Assembly (NCBI GenBank): GCA_902797775.1
Contig: CADBUH010000106.1
Coordinates: forward strand, 1-41,515
Source of the DNA: an uncultured Erysipelotrichaceae bacterium
Lineage (GTDB): Bacteria; Bacillota_I; Bacilli_A; Erysipelotrichales; Erysipelotrichaceae
Direction: 5' to 3'
DNA: 41,515 nt
Under the pieces are notes generated by a model, which ran no database searches, was not told where the DNA came from, and was given only the letters and a program-made list of their open reading frames with translations. Of this stretch, positions 27,660-37,692 are shown piece by piece. Every line of letters begins with the position of its first letter. The first letter of the stretch is position 1. Both the position numbers and the translations under genes were made by a program.

Positions 27660-28694
27660 ATGAAAAAGTTTTTAAAAGCTATGTTTGCAGGCGCATTAGC
27701 AATCAGCATGGTTGCTTGTGGCGGAAGCAACAACGGTGGTACTTCTACCACTACAACAACTGATGGTGGAAACACTAGTACAGAAACAACTACGACTGAA
27801 GGCGGTAGCGAAAAAACTAAGATTGGTTTAAGTATTGCTGGATTAACAATGCCTTATTTCGTACGTATGTATGAAGGCTTCATGGAAGCTGCTGAAGAAA
27901 AAGGCTATGAAGTTGTATTCACAGATGGTGGAACAAATGCTGAAACAACAATTAAGGGTCTAGAAGACCAATTAATCGCAGATGTTAAGGCAATCGCATT
28001 AAGTACAAACTACTCTGATGCATGCGTTGACGTATTAACTCGTGCTCATGAAGCAGGCATCCCATTATTCTATATGGGTAACCTAAACCTAATTCCTGAA
28101 ATTGAAGAAATGATGACTTTCTATGAAGGAACACCTTCTCCTGATGCTGGTTATTTAGGTGGTCTATGGTTTGCTTCTTATCTTGATAGCATTAACTATC
28201 CAAAGAAAGAACTCAACACAGTAAGAGTTTCTCTCATTAGTGATGGATTAATCGACAGATGGGATGGATTTGAAAAGGCTATGAAAGAAAAAGGCTATAC
28301 ATTAAATCTAATCAACACTGTTGGTGACTTAACACGTGAAAACTCACTAAATGGATGTGAAGATATGTTACAAGCACATGATGATTTAGATCTATTCATG
28401 GGAACAGCTGCTACATCTGCATTAGGTGCATATGATGCTACAGTAAATGCTGGCCGTACAGAAGTTATGGTATTCGGATTCGATGGTGAAGATGAAGAAA
28501 TCGAACTAATCGATGCTGATACAAACTATATCGGAACAATTTGCCAAGACCCACGTACAGAAGGTCGTGTAACTGTTGAAGCTATTGATACAGTATTAAA
28601 GGGCGGAACAGTTGAAAAAGGTTATATCGTTCCTGCATTCGTACACGGCAAAGGTGTAGGCGATGTAATGTCTGATGAAATCTTAGGAAACTAA
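27660..28694 (+). CDS. Sugar ABC transporter substrate-binding lipoprotein (divergent RbsB-like)
   Basis: Lipobox MVAC, Thr-rich linker, PYF and GFDG motifs. Confidence 0.85.
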   Translation: MKKFLKAMFAGALAISMVACGGSNNGGTSTTTTTDGGNTSTETTTTEGGSEKTKIGLSIAGLTMPYFVRMYEGFMEAAEEKGYEVVFTDGGTNAETTIKGLEDQLIADVKAIALSTNYSDACVDVLTRAHEAGIPLFYMGNLNLIPEIEEMMTFYEGTPSPDAGYLGGLWFASYLDSINYPKKELNTVRVSLISDGLIDRWDGFEKAMKEKGYTLNLINTVGDLTRENSLNGCEDMLQAHDDLDLFMGTAATSALGAYDATVNAGRTEVMVFGFDGEDEEIELIDADTNYIGTICQDPRTEGRVTVEAIDTVLKGGTVEKGYIVPAFVHGKGVGDVMSDEILGN

Positions 28695-28722
28695 TCATCA
28701 TTAGAAATTCATTAAGCTTTAG

Positions 28723-28752
28723 TGCTAGATACAGCTTCGGCTGTATCTAGCA
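28723..28752 (+). other. 13-bp stem with C(UUCG)G tetraloop after the SBP gene; likely mRNA stabiliser or attenuator
   Basis: TGCTAGATACAGC-TTCG-GCTGTATCTAGCA, without a long U-tract. Confidence 0.7.
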
Positions 28753-28776
28753 TCTTCTTAGAAAGGAGCGTCTCAA

Positions 28777-30276
28777 ATGGAAGATATTCTTCGACTGAGT
28801 AAAATTAATAAATCGTTCCCCGGTGTTAAGGCATTAACGGATGTAGACTTAACCATAAAAAAAGGTGAAGTTCATGCATTGGTTGGTGAGAATGGGGCAG
28901 GGAAATCTACATTGATGAAGATCATTTCTGGTGCTTACACGAAAGATAGTGGTGAGATGTGGTTTGATGGTAAAGTGGTTGAACAAACAACACCAAAAGA
29001 ATCAGAAGAAATGGGAATCTCCATCATTTACCAAGAGTTAAATTTAATTGAAAGAATCAGCGTGGCTGAGAATGTTTATATTGGTCGTTATCCATTTAAA
29101 AATGGATTATTACAATGGGGTGAAATGTATAAAAATGCGCAAGCCCTATTTGATGAATTCGATTTAAATATCGATGCAAAAGCAATTGTTCGTTCATTAA
29201 CAATGGCGCAAAAACAAATGGTTGAAATTATTAAAGCAGTAAGTATTAATGCCAAAGTTATTATCATGGACGAACCTACATCATCTCTGTCATCTAAAGA
29301 AACAGAGTCATTATTTAATATTATCCGAAAGTTGAAAGCAAACGGAGTAGCCGTTGTATTTATTACACATAGATTGGATGAAATCTTTGAGATTTGTGAT
29401 CGCATGACTGTATTACGTGATGGTCACTATGTCGGCGAAAGTGAAATAAAAGACATTACTAAAAATGAAATGATTACCATGATGATTGGCCGTGAATTAA
29501 CACAACAATTCCCTGAGCGGTCAAGTGAAATTGGTGAAGTTGTATTTGAAGTGAAGAATATCAGCGATGGAGGGGATAAAGTTAAGGACGTTTCCTTTGG
29601 AGTTCACAAAGGAGAAGTTCTAGGAATCTATGGTCTAGTTGGTGCTGGACGTAGTGAAGCAATGCGTATGATTTTTGGGGTAGATCCTAAAGTGAGTGGT
29701 CAAGTGTTCTTAGATGGAAAAGAAATCAAGATTCATAGCCCACGTGATGCTATTAAGCATAGGATGGGATTTATCACTGAAAACAGACGTGATGAAGGGT
29801 TATTCTTAAGGTCTTCATTAAGTGCGAATGTAGTAATGGTCGCACTCAATAAGATTATGAAGAATGGACTAATCAATTATAAAAAAGAGTATGATGCAAC
29901 AGATGGTTATATTAAAAAATTACGCATCATGACTCCTTCTAACCAACAGAAGGCAATGTATTTATCTGGTGGTAACCAACAAAAAGTGGTTCTTGCGAAA
30001 TGGTTGTTCTCAGATTCTGACTATATCATTTTTGATGAACCAACACGTGGTATCGATGTTGGTGCACGTAGAGAAATATATCAATTAATCAACGAGTTAG
30101 TGGCAGATGGAAAAACAATTATCGTTGTCTCTTCAGATATGGAAGAGATCTTAGGTATCAGCGATAGAATTATCGTTATGCATGAAGGTACTGTGGCAGG
30201 AGAAATCAAAAAAGAAGATTTCTCTCAAAACTTAGTAACTGAATATGCTGTAGGAGAAAGGGTGGATCAAGCATGA
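28777..30276 (+). CDS. rbsA: Sugar ABC transporter ATP-binding protein (RbsA-like)
   Basis: GENGAGKST, MDEPT, LSGGNQQK and DEPTRGIDVGA motifs. Confidence 0.88.
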   Translation: MEDILRLSKINKSFPGVKALTDVDLTIKKGEVHALVGENGAGKSTLMKIISGAYTKDSGEMWFDGKVVEQTTPKESEEMGISIIYQELNLIERISVAENVYIGRYPFKNGLLQWGEMYKNAQALFDEFDLNIDAKAIVRSLTMAQKQMVEIIKAVSINAKVIIMDEPTSSLSSKETESLFNIIRKLKANGVAVVFITHRLDEIFEICDRMTVLRDGHYVGESEIKDITKNEMITMMIGRELTQQFPERSSEIGEVVFEVKNISDGGDKVKDVSFGVHKGEVLGIYGLVGAGRSEAMRMIFGVDPKVSGQVFLDGKEIKIHSPRDAIKHRMGFITENRRDEGLFLRSSLSANVVMVALNKIMKNGLINYKKEYDATDGYIKKLRIMTPSNQQKAMYLSGGNQQKVVLAKWLFSDSDYIIFDEPTRGIDVGARREIYQLINELVADGKTIIVVSSDMEEILGISDRIIVMHEGTVAGEIKKEDFSQNLVTEYAVGERVDQA

Positions 30277-31244
30277 GTGAAAAGAAGAGTAGTAAGGGCA
30301 TAAAAGATATAGCCTATACATTATTGGATAAGCTTGGATCATGGTTATTAATTGTTGTTATTGCAATTATTATGACATTTTCAAGTGATAAGTTTTTGAC
30401 CAGTGCAAACTTCATAAACGTTTTACGTCAAGTAGCAGTGGTACTAATTGCAGCAATTGGAATTTCCTTTGTAATTCTAGGAGGTGGCTTTGACCTTAGT
30501 ACAGGTATGAATGCTACTTTTGCTGGATGTAATGCTGCACTACTAATGAAGAATTTAGGTTGGAGTGTTCCAGCTGCTATCCTTGCAGCAGTATTCATTG
30601 GTGTTGTGCTAGGAACTTTGAATGGATTGGTTGTTACGTATTTGAAAGTACCACCATTTATTGCGACATTAGGTATGCAATATATCATTCAAGGGTTAAT
30701 CTTCATCACCACAAACAGTATGCCTATTAATGGTTTACCAGAAAGCTTCAATGTATTTGGTAGAGGATATGTTGGTGTCATACCAGTGCCTGTAATAATC
30801 ATGCTTATCTTTGTGGCTATAGGACAAGTAATTCTAAAGTATACAAAGTTTGGACGTTCAGTAATTGCAGTTGGTGAAAATGAAACAGCTGCTAAATTAT
30901 CAGGCTTAAATGTAAACATCACAAAAGTTGCAATGTATTCATTCTGTGGATTCTGTGTAGCTTGTGCAGGAATCGTATTAGCTTCACGTATGTCATCTGG
31001 TCAACCATCCTCAGGTGGTGATATGGCGTTACAAGGTATTGCAGCTGTATATATTGGTGGTACTTTCAAGGGAAGTATTATCAACACAATGGCTGGTACA
31101 CTCGTTTGGGGCTTTATGAATAATGCGTTGAACTTATTAAACGTTGATGCTTATTGGCAAAAAGTTGTATTAGGAATCATCATCATTGCAGCCGTTTTAT
31201 TCGATACCTTCCGTGCGAACTTAGCTGCAAAACAAAAGAAATAA
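30273..31244 (+). CDS. rbsC: Sugar ABC transporter permease (RbsC-like)
   Basis: GGFDLS, PPFIATLG and AVGENETAAKLSG motifs; multiple TM segments. Confidence 0.88.
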   Translation: MSEKKSSKGIKDIAYTLLDKLGSWLLIVVIAIIMTFSSDKFLTSANFINVLRQVAVVLIAAIGISFVILGGGFDLSTGMNATFAGCNAALLMKNLGWSVPAAILAAVFIGVVLGTLNGLVVTYLKVPPFIATLGMQYIIQGLIFITTNSMPINGLPESFNVFGRGYVGVIPVPVIIMLIFVAIGQVILKYTKFGRSVIAVGENETAAKLSGLNVNITKVAMYSFCGFCVACAGIVLASRMSSGQPSSGGDMALQGIAAVYIGGTFKGSIINTMAGTLVWGFMNNALNLLNVDAYWQKVVLGIIIIAAVLFDTFRANLAAKQKK

Positions 31245-31264
31245 TTTTTGAGGGGAATAAAGTT

Positions 31265-32011
31265 ATGACAAAGAAAAAAGCATTTATTTTCTATGGTGGC
31301 TGGGAAGGCCATGAACCAGATTTAGAGAGTGCAAGATTCAAGAGTTGGCTTGAAGAAGAAAACTATGATGTAACACGTGTTGATTCATATGAACAATGTG
31401 AAGATACCGATTACATGAGAACATTTGATCTTATTGTTCCATGTTGGACACAAGGTGATATGGAAGACCGTTATTGCTTCGGTATCACTACCGCAGTAGC
31501 AGAGGGAACTGGTATTGCAGGAGTACATGGTGGAATGTGTGATAGTTTCCGTTGGTCAGTTGAGTGGCAATTTATGACAGGAAGCCAATGGGTATCTCAT
31601 CCAGGTGATATTTATAGACATCATATGTCAAAACTATCAGAGGAAAATCTTAAATTTGTTCAAGAGAATTTCCCAGAGAATAGTGAACCGGATGCATTCC
31701 AAAGAGATTATTTGGTTGAATTCAAGAAGAATCATACTTCCCCAATCATTGCGGGATTAGAAGACTTCACAGTACACACAGAACAATACTACTTACATGT
31801 TGATCCATGTATTGATGTATTAGCTACAACAAGAGTTGACTCTAAAGGTTGGCATGCGACAAACGGAATCGTTGATATGCCAATCGCTTATACAAAACAT
31901 TGGGGCGAAGGTAAAGTATTCTACAGTTCATTAGGTCACAAAGATTACATTTTAGAAATTCCACAAGTTGCGACCATGACTAAACGTGGAATGTTATGGG
32001 CTACAAGATAA
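31265..32011 (+). CDS. ThuA-like (class I GATase-like fold) protein, paralog 1
   Basis: GGWEGHEP, GVHGGMCDSFR, QWVSHPG, EQYYLHVDP and VFYSSLGH motifs. ATG 31265 follows GAGGGG. Confidence 0.8.
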   Translation: MTKKKAFIFYGGWEGHEPDLESARFKSWLEEENYDVTRVDSYEQCEDTDYMRTFDLIVPCWTQGDMEDRYCFGITTAVAEGTGIAGVHGGMCDSFRWSVEWQFMTGSQWVSHPGDIYRHHMSKLSEENLKFVQENFPENSEPDAFQRDYLVEFKKNHTSPIIAGLEDFTVHTEQYYLHVDPCIDVLATTRVDSKGWHATNGIVDMPIAYTKHWGEGKVFYSSLGHKDYILEIPQVATMTKRGMLWATR

Positions 32012-32033
32012 AAAACGCATAGGAGGTCAAAAT

Positions 32034-32783
32034 ATGACAAAGAAAAAAGCGTTTATTTTCTGGGGTGGCTGGGATGGTCATGAACCAGAACTCGTCAGTG
32101 CTCGTTTCCAAAGAATGTTAGAAGATGAAAACTTCGAAGTTGTTCGTGAAGATAATCTAGATCGTCTAGAAGATTTGGATTTCTTAAAGTCATGTGATTT
32201 AATTGTTCCAGAATGGACACAAGGTGATTTAGATGACTGGAAATGTTTCCCAGTTACAGATGCTGTGGAAAGCGGTGTTGGAATGGCAGGTTGTCATGGA
32301 GGCATGTGCGATAGTTTCCGTTGGTCAGTTGAATGGCAATTCGTAACAGGAAGCCAATGGGTATCCCATCCAGGTGATTACTATATGCACCATTGTTCAA
32401 AATTAACCGAAGAAAATCTAGATTTCTTACATAGAGAACATCCAGAGACACAAGCTCCAAATGCATTCTGGACACACTATACTGTCAATGTGAAAAGGAA
32501 TTCTTCTTCACCAATTGTAAAGGGTATTCAAGACTTTGATGTTTATAGTGAACAATACTACTTACATATTGATCCAGCAATTAATGTATTAGCTACTACA
32601 AAAGTAAAATCACAAGGCCCACACGCTGCAAATGGTGAAGTGGAAATGCCTGTGGTATATACAAAACTTTGGGGAAATGGACGCATCTTCTATAACTCCC
32701 TAGGACACCATGATGATGTGTTTGATATTCCTGAAGCAGCCGAATTACAAAGACGTGGCTTCTTATGGGCTACTAGAGATTAA
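32034..32783 (+). CDS. ThuA-like protein, paralog 2
   Basis: GGWDGHEP, GCHGGMCDSFR, EQYYLHIDP and IFYNSLGH motifs. ATG 32034 follows AGGAGG. Confidence 0.8.
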   Translation: MTKKKAFIFWGGWDGHEPELVSARFQRMLEDENFEVVREDNLDRLEDLDFLKSCDLIVPEWTQGDLDDWKCFPVTDAVESGVGMAGCHGGMCDSFRWSVEWQFVTGSQWVSHPGDYYMHHCSKLTEENLDFLHREHPETQAPNAFWTHYTVNVKRNSSSPIVKGIQDFDVYSEQYYLHIDPAINVLATTKVKSQGPHAANGEVEMPVVYTKLWGNGRIFYNSLGHHDDVFDIPEAAELQRRGFLWATRD

Positions 32784-32806
32784 TGAATACAATTTAGGAG
32801 GAAATT

Positions 32807-33793
32807 ATGTTAAGAAAAGGTGTATTTGTTGAAGACTACATGAAGCTTTCTATTAGAGAGTATGATGTACCAGAGCCACAAGCTGATGAAGTAATGATTA
32901 AGACAAAGGCTTGCGGTCTATGTTGTTGGGATTCTTGGTTATTCCGTGGTGTAAACGCACCTGGACCATATCCATATGTTATTGGACATGAAGGTGTTGG
33001 AATTGTTGAAAAAGTTGGTGACATGGTTACGGATTTAAAACCTGGTGATAAAGTTGCTTGCTTAAGTGGAAACAATGAAATGATGTGTGAATATGCTACC
33101 GTAAAACGCCAAGGCTTAACAAAACTACCTGATGATACAGAAGATTGGGCTAGTGTTGTTTGGGAACCAACATGCTGTGTAACAAACCTATTAAATATTA
33201 CAGATATTCATATGGGTGATGAAGTTGTATTAGTTGGTGGTGGATACATGGGCCAATTAACACTTCAAGGTTTAACAAGAGCTTCTCAAGCTGGTCGTAT
33301 TACAGTATTTGAAACTCGTCCTGAAAGAATTGCGATGTGTAAAGAATATCTAAGAAGTCCAGTTGACCGCGTATTAGATCCTAATAGTGAAGAAGGAAAA
33401 GCTGCAATCCAAGATATAATTGATCGTGGTGGAGCAGATGTAGTTATTGAATTCAGTGCTTGTGATGCAGGATTCCATTTAGCAGATTCTATGACAAAAC
33501 AAGCTGGTAAATTAACGATTGGTTCTTTCCATAGAAGTGATGTAACATTTAATGGTACAAAATGGCATTTAGGTGGCTTATATGTTTATAACTTAGCACC
33601 AATGAGTAATCCACACTTCAAAGAAATGGTTGAACGTACACATGCGATGATTGATCGTGGTGTATTTGAACCAGGTAAGTTTGTAACACATACAGCTTAT
33701 TATGAAGATTTAGAAGCTATGGAAACCATGTTCCAAAGAGCATGTGATAAGGGAGACGTATACATTAAAGGTGTTATCCTATTCGATAAATAG
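32807..33793 (+). CDS. Zn-dependent medium-chain (sugar/polyol) dehydrogenase
   Basis: CGLCCWD, GHEGVG, WEP and VGGGYMG motifs. Lacks the 4-Cys structural-Zn lobe. Confidence 0.82.
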   Translation: MLRKGVFVEDYMKLSIREYDVPEPQADEVMIKTKACGLCCWDSWLFRGVNAPGPYPYVIGHEGVGIVEKVGDMVTDLKPGDKVACLSGNNEMMCEYATVKRQGLTKLPDDTEDWASVVWEPTCCVTNLLNITDIHMGDEVVLVGGGYMGQLTLQGLTRASQAGRITVFETRPERIAMCKEYLRSPVDRVLDPNSEEGKAAIQDIIDRGGADVVIEFSACDAGFHLADSMTKQAGKLTIGSFHRSDVTFNGTKWHLGGLYVYNLAPMSNPHFKEMVERTHAMIDRGVFEPGKFVTHTAYYEDLEAMETMFQRACDKGDVYIKGVILFDK

Positions 33794-33821
33794 CCTTAAA
33801 TTATCTAAATGTTTTTAGAGT

Positions 33822-33855
33822 TCTTATCCCCAGACGTATTTGCCTGGGGATAAGA
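33822..33855 (+). terminator. Stem-loop between the dehydrogenase and AKR-like genes
   Basis: TCTTATCCCCAG-10 nt-CTGGGGATAAGA followed by GTTTC. Confidence 0.6.
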
Positions 33856-33885
33856 GTTTCTATATTATTGGAGGTTTAAAAGAAT

Positions 33886-34749
33886 ATGAGTGAAAAATTT
33901 CCAAGAACGATGGTTGGTGGAGTTAGCCTACCTCGCTTAATTATTGGTTGTAACTGGATTTCAGGTTTTAGCCATAGAGGGCCTGCACAAGACCAAGCAA
34001 TACTAACTAAGCATAGTACTCCTGATTCTGTAGCAGATATTTTTGAAGTTTTCTTAAAAGAAGATATTGATGCAGTTTTAGGTTTATTTACAATTGACAA
34101 AGATCTAATTGATGCGGTCCGTATTGCAGAAGAAAGAACGGGTAAAAAGATGATTCTGATTGATGAACCTGTTCTGAATACGGATGATAACCGTTTAGCA
34201 CGTCAAGAAGCAGAAGAGGAAATTAAGAAATCTGCTGAACGTGGTGCAACTTTTGTTTTACCTCTTCATTCTTGTATTGAGCGTTTATTAGACCGTAGTA
34301 CAAAAACGATTAATCGTTTAGACGATTATACAAAGATGATTCGAGACAACGGAATGATACCAGGGCTATCTGCACATATGCCAGAAATGGTTCAATATGC
34401 AGATTTAAATGAATATGATGTTGAAACATATATTCAAATCTATAATGCTATGGGATTCCTCATGCAAGTAGAGATTGAAAGTGTTCATAAAACAATTATG
34501 AATGCTAAGAAACCGGTATTAACAATAAAACCAATGGCGGCTGGTAGAACAACACCATTTGTTGGCCTAAACTTCAGTTTCAATACAATTAGAGAACAAG
34601 ATATGGTTTGCGTTGGATGTTATGATCCTTTAGAAGCAATTGAAGACATTGAATATGCTCGTGCTGCTATTGAAAGAAGAGCCCCAATTATTAAACCTCG
34701 TAGTTCTCCATTTGCAAGTGATGCAATAAAGGGGTCAGCAAAGGATTAA
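33886..34749 (+). CDS. Hypothetical protein, aldo/keto-reductase-like TIM barrel
   Basis: N-terminal RTMVGGVSLPRLIIG, IPGLSAH and IKPMAAGR resemble AKR-fold elements. Confidence 0.55.
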   Translation: MSEKFPRTMVGGVSLPRLIIGCNWISGFSHRGPAQDQAILTKHSTPDSVADIFEVFLKEDIDAVLGLFTIDKDLIDAVRIAEERTGKKMILIDEPVLNTDDNRLARQEAEEEIKKSAERGATFVLPLHSCIERLLDRSTKTINRLDDYTKMIRDNGMIPGLSAHMPEMVQYADLNEYDVETYIQIYNAMGFLMQVEIESVHKTIMNAKKPVLTIKPMAAGRTTPFVGLNFSFNTIREQDMVCVGCYDPLEAIEDIEYARAAIERRAPIIKPRSSPFASDAIKGSAKD

Positions 34750-34755
34750 AGTAGT

Positions 34756-36003
34756 ATGACAGATTCAAAACAAAAAATGCATTATGCATGGATTGTATTT
34801 ATTTCGTGCATATTATTGAAATTAGGACTTGGCGGTGCGGTGAATAGCATCGCCGGTAATTTTGTGACACCGGTTGTAGAAGAGCTTGGATGTCAAGTTA
34901 GTCAGTTTACAATGCTTGTAAGTGTAGAAGCACTTGCGATGGCATTACTATACACAACTGCAGCGAAAATGCTTACCACAAAAAAGATAGGTATTGTGAT
35001 GGGTATTGCAGCTTTAGCAGAATGTATTGGAATAGCATTAATGGCTACTTATCATGATGTTAGATTATTCTATTTATCTGGTGCAATCATAGGTATTGGT
35101 GTTGCCTTTACAGGATTTGTTGCGATTCCTATTGTTGTGAATATGTGGTTTCGTAAAAAGGCTGGTACGGTATTAGGTATTATCGTTGCAGCAGAAGGTC
35201 TCTCTGCAGTTTTATATAACTTAATAACAGGTAGTTTAATTGTTAACTTTGGCTGGAGAGCATCTTATTTAATTGTAGCGATTATATGTTTGATCTTATC
35301 TGTTCCACCAGTATTCTTATTTATTAAGAGTCCTGAAGAAGTTGGAGTTGAACCTTATGGTGCAGACTCAACAGAAAGTGAAGAAACAGTTCAAGAAGAA
35401 GTATGGGGTTTAACACGAAAGGAAGCTCTTCACAGTCCAATCCTATATATCACATGGGCTGCTTGTATGCTTTATAGTGTTGGGTGTGGTGTTCAACAAT
35501 ATATCGCAACCTTTGCGACAATGGAACTTGGACAAAGCATTACATTCGGTGCCAATGCTATGATGATATTCAGCATTGGACTTGTAGCAAGTAGTACAAT
35601 CCTTGGATGGATTAATGATAAGTTTGGTGTAAAAGCAGGCTTACTTTGGGGTGCGTTCTTTATCACGGTAGGTTATATTGTGATGATTATGAGTATTCAA
35701 AATCCAAATTTAGTTATGCTTGCATCTGCGCTAGTAGGTCTAGGTGGTAGTATGTATACCGTACAATGTCCATTACTCGCTCGTACAGCATTAGGAAACA
35801 AAGATTATTCATCTATTTGGTCATTAATGATGACAGGAAATAGTTTGATTGGTGCTGCATCTTTTTCGAGAATAGGATTATTCTATGATATTGGAGGTAC
35901 TTATCGAGGAGCGTTTATTATGGCAATCGTGCTATATATTCTTGCATTCTTTGTAGGTGCATTCGCAATTAGTTTAAGTAAGAAAACAATTCAAAAGAAT
36001 TAA
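34756..36003 (+). CDS. MFS transporter (OFA/MCT-like)
   Basis: ~12 TM segments; WFRKKAGTVLG, GWRASY and GWINDKFG motifs. Confidence 0.85.
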   Translation: MTDSKQKMHYAWIVFISCILLKLGLGGAVNSIAGNFVTPVVEELGCQVSQFTMLVSVEALAMALLYTTAAKMLTTKKIGIVMGIAALAECIGIALMATYHDVRLFYLSGAIIGIGVAFTGFVAIPIVVNMWFRKKAGTVLGIIVAAEGLSAVLYNLITGSLIVNFGWRASYLIVAIICLILSVPPVFLFIKSPEEVGVEPYGADSTESEETVQEEVWGLTRKEALHSPILYITWAACMLYSVGCGVQQYIATFATMELGQSITFGANAMMIFSIGLVASSTILGWINDKFGVKAGLLWGAFFITVGYIVMIMSIQNPNLVMLASALVGLGGSMYTVQCPLLARTALGNKDYSSIWSLMMTGNSLIGAASFSRIGLFYDIGGTYRGAFIMAIVLYILAFFVGAFAISLSKKTIQKN

Positions 36004-36005
36004 TG

Positions 36006-36030
36006 ATATGACCAGGACTCCTGGTCATAT
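36006..36030. repeat. Perfect inverted repeat between the MFS gene and groEL
   Basis: ATATGACCAGGA-C-TCCTGGTCATAT. Confidence 0.75.
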
Positions 36031-36060
36031 TCTATAATAGATAGGTATGAGGAAAGAATT

Positions 36061-37617
36061 ATGGCAAAAAAAGTAACATTTGGGAAAGATGCACGAAGCA
36101 GTGTTTTGAAAGGTATTGATGCATTAGCGAATGCAGTAAAACCAACTCTTGGTCCAAGGGGTAGAAACGCTGCAATTGATAAAACATTTGGAACACCATG
36201 GATTACGAGTGATGGAGCAGCAATCATTAAAGAATTGCAATTAGAAGATAAGGAAGCAAATATTGGTGCAAACCTTTTAATGGAAGTAGCACGTCAAACA
36301 AATGATATGGTAGGTGATGGAAGCTCAACCGCAATTGTTTTAACACAAGAAATGATTCGCTTAGGATTAGCAGCGATTGATGCTGGTGCAAATCCTGTTA
36401 TTTTAAGAGAAGGGATGAGTGCTGCAATGAAAGAAGTAGTCTCTTACTTAAAAGCACAAGCTATTCCTCTTGAATCAAAAGAGCAAGTAAATGTCATTGC
36501 GACAAAATCTAGTAACTCAGAAGAAATAGGGAGAATGCTAGAAGAAGCCTATGATAAAGCAGGAAAAGAAGGGATTATTAATTTATCAGAATCAAAACAA
36601 TTACAAAGTGAAGTAGTATTTACAAAGGGTTACAGTTTTAATAAAGGTTATTATTCACCTTATTTCCTAAATAATAATGAACAAGATATTACTTTAGAAA
36701 ATCCAATCATTTATTTAACAGACCAAAAAATCACTACAGTTCAAGATGTTCTTCCTGTATTAGAAGAAGGTATAAATAAAAATCTTCCTGTTTTAATCAT
36801 TGCGGAAGATTTTGATGGTGAAGTAGTATCTAGTTTATTACTTAATAAGCATAAGAATGTTTTGAATGTTGTGGTTGTTAAGGCGCCAGGTTTTGGCAGT
36901 ACAATGAAAAGTCAATTGGATGATTTAGCGGCTGTTACAGGTGCGACAGTTTGTTCGAAAGATTTGAATATGAATTTGTCTTCTATGCGAATGAAAGATT
37001 GTGGCAGTGCTAAGACAGTAAAAATAGAAAAAGATCGTACAATACTTCTAGAAGGAAGAGGGCAAGAAAGTGTGCTTAACGATCGAATCAATGAGTTGAA
37101 AGCACAATTAAAAACAACCTCTGGCTACGAGCACGATAAAATCCAAGAACGTATATCAATGATGCTAAATGGAATTGTAGAAATAAAAGTTGGTGCTTTA
37201 AATGATACGGAATTAAAGGAAAAGAAATTACGTATAGAAGATGCTATTAATGCAGTAGATGCGGCTAAAGAAGAAGGCTTGCTAGTAGGAGGGGGAGTTA
37301 TGTATCTTCAAGCGATGAATCTTCTCACAAAAGATAATTCCTCTTTTTCAAGTGATTACTCTAAAGGTATAAGTATTATACGTGAAGCCTTAAAAAAACC
37401 ATTCACCCAAATCATGGATAATGCAGGATTAAACGGGAATGATTTATTAAATGAATATAAAAAAGGATATTATTACGATGTTTTGTTAGGAAAATGGATT
37501 TCTACAAAAGATGCAGAACTTCTTGAGCCGTGTAAGATGCAAAGAGTTGCATTCGAGAGTGCAGCAAGTATTGCGATGGCCTTTCTATCGACAGAGAGTG
37601 TAATAAGCGATATATAA
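36061..37617 (+). CDS. groEL: Chaperonin GroEL (divergent paralog, no adjacent groES)
   Basis: TLGPRGRN, GDGSST, KAPGFG and EKKLRIEDA motifs. No GGM tail. Confidence 0.85.
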   Translation: MAKKVTFGKDARSSVLKGIDALANAVKPTLGPRGRNAAIDKTFGTPWITSDGAAIIKELQLEDKEANIGANLLMEVARQTNDMVGDGSSTAIVLTQEMIRLGLAAIDAGANPVILREGMSAAMKEVVSYLKAQAIPLESKEQVNVIATKSSNSEEIGRMLEEAYDKAGKEGIINLSESKQLQSEVVFTKGYSFNKGYYSPYFLNNNEQDITLENPIIYLTDQKITTVQDVLPVLEEGINKNLPVLIIAEDFDGEVVSSLLLNKHKNVLNVVVVKAPGFGSTMKSQLDDLAAVTGATVCSKDLNMNLSSMRMKDCGSAKTVKIEKDRTILLEGRGQESVLNDRINELKAQLKTTSGYEHDKIQERISMMLNGIVEIKVGALNDTELKEKKLRIEDAINAVDAAKEEGLLVGGGVMYLQAMNLLTKDNSSFSSDYSKGISIIREALKKPFTQIMDNAGLNGNDLLNEYKKGYYYDVLLGKWISTKDAELLEPCKMQRVAFESAASIAMAFLSTESVISDI

Positions 37618-37620
37618 AAT

Positions 37621-37662
37621 TAAAGTAGTACTTTAGAAAAAATAAAGTACTACTTTATTTTT
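37621..37662 (+). terminator. Intrinsic terminator after groEL
   Basis: TAAAGTAGTACTTTA-loop-TAAAGTACTACTTTA followed by TTTTT. Confidence 0.7.
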
Positions 37663-37692
37663 ATATGATATAATTACCTCGGAGGAAGCAAA

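Noticed and set aside
23694-32033. Long N-terminal extensions in the ORF track (folC 23694, rbsK 26235, ThuA 31154 and 31986)
   Set aside because: Better starts with an RBS or translational coupling exist at 23775, 26283, 31265 and 32034.
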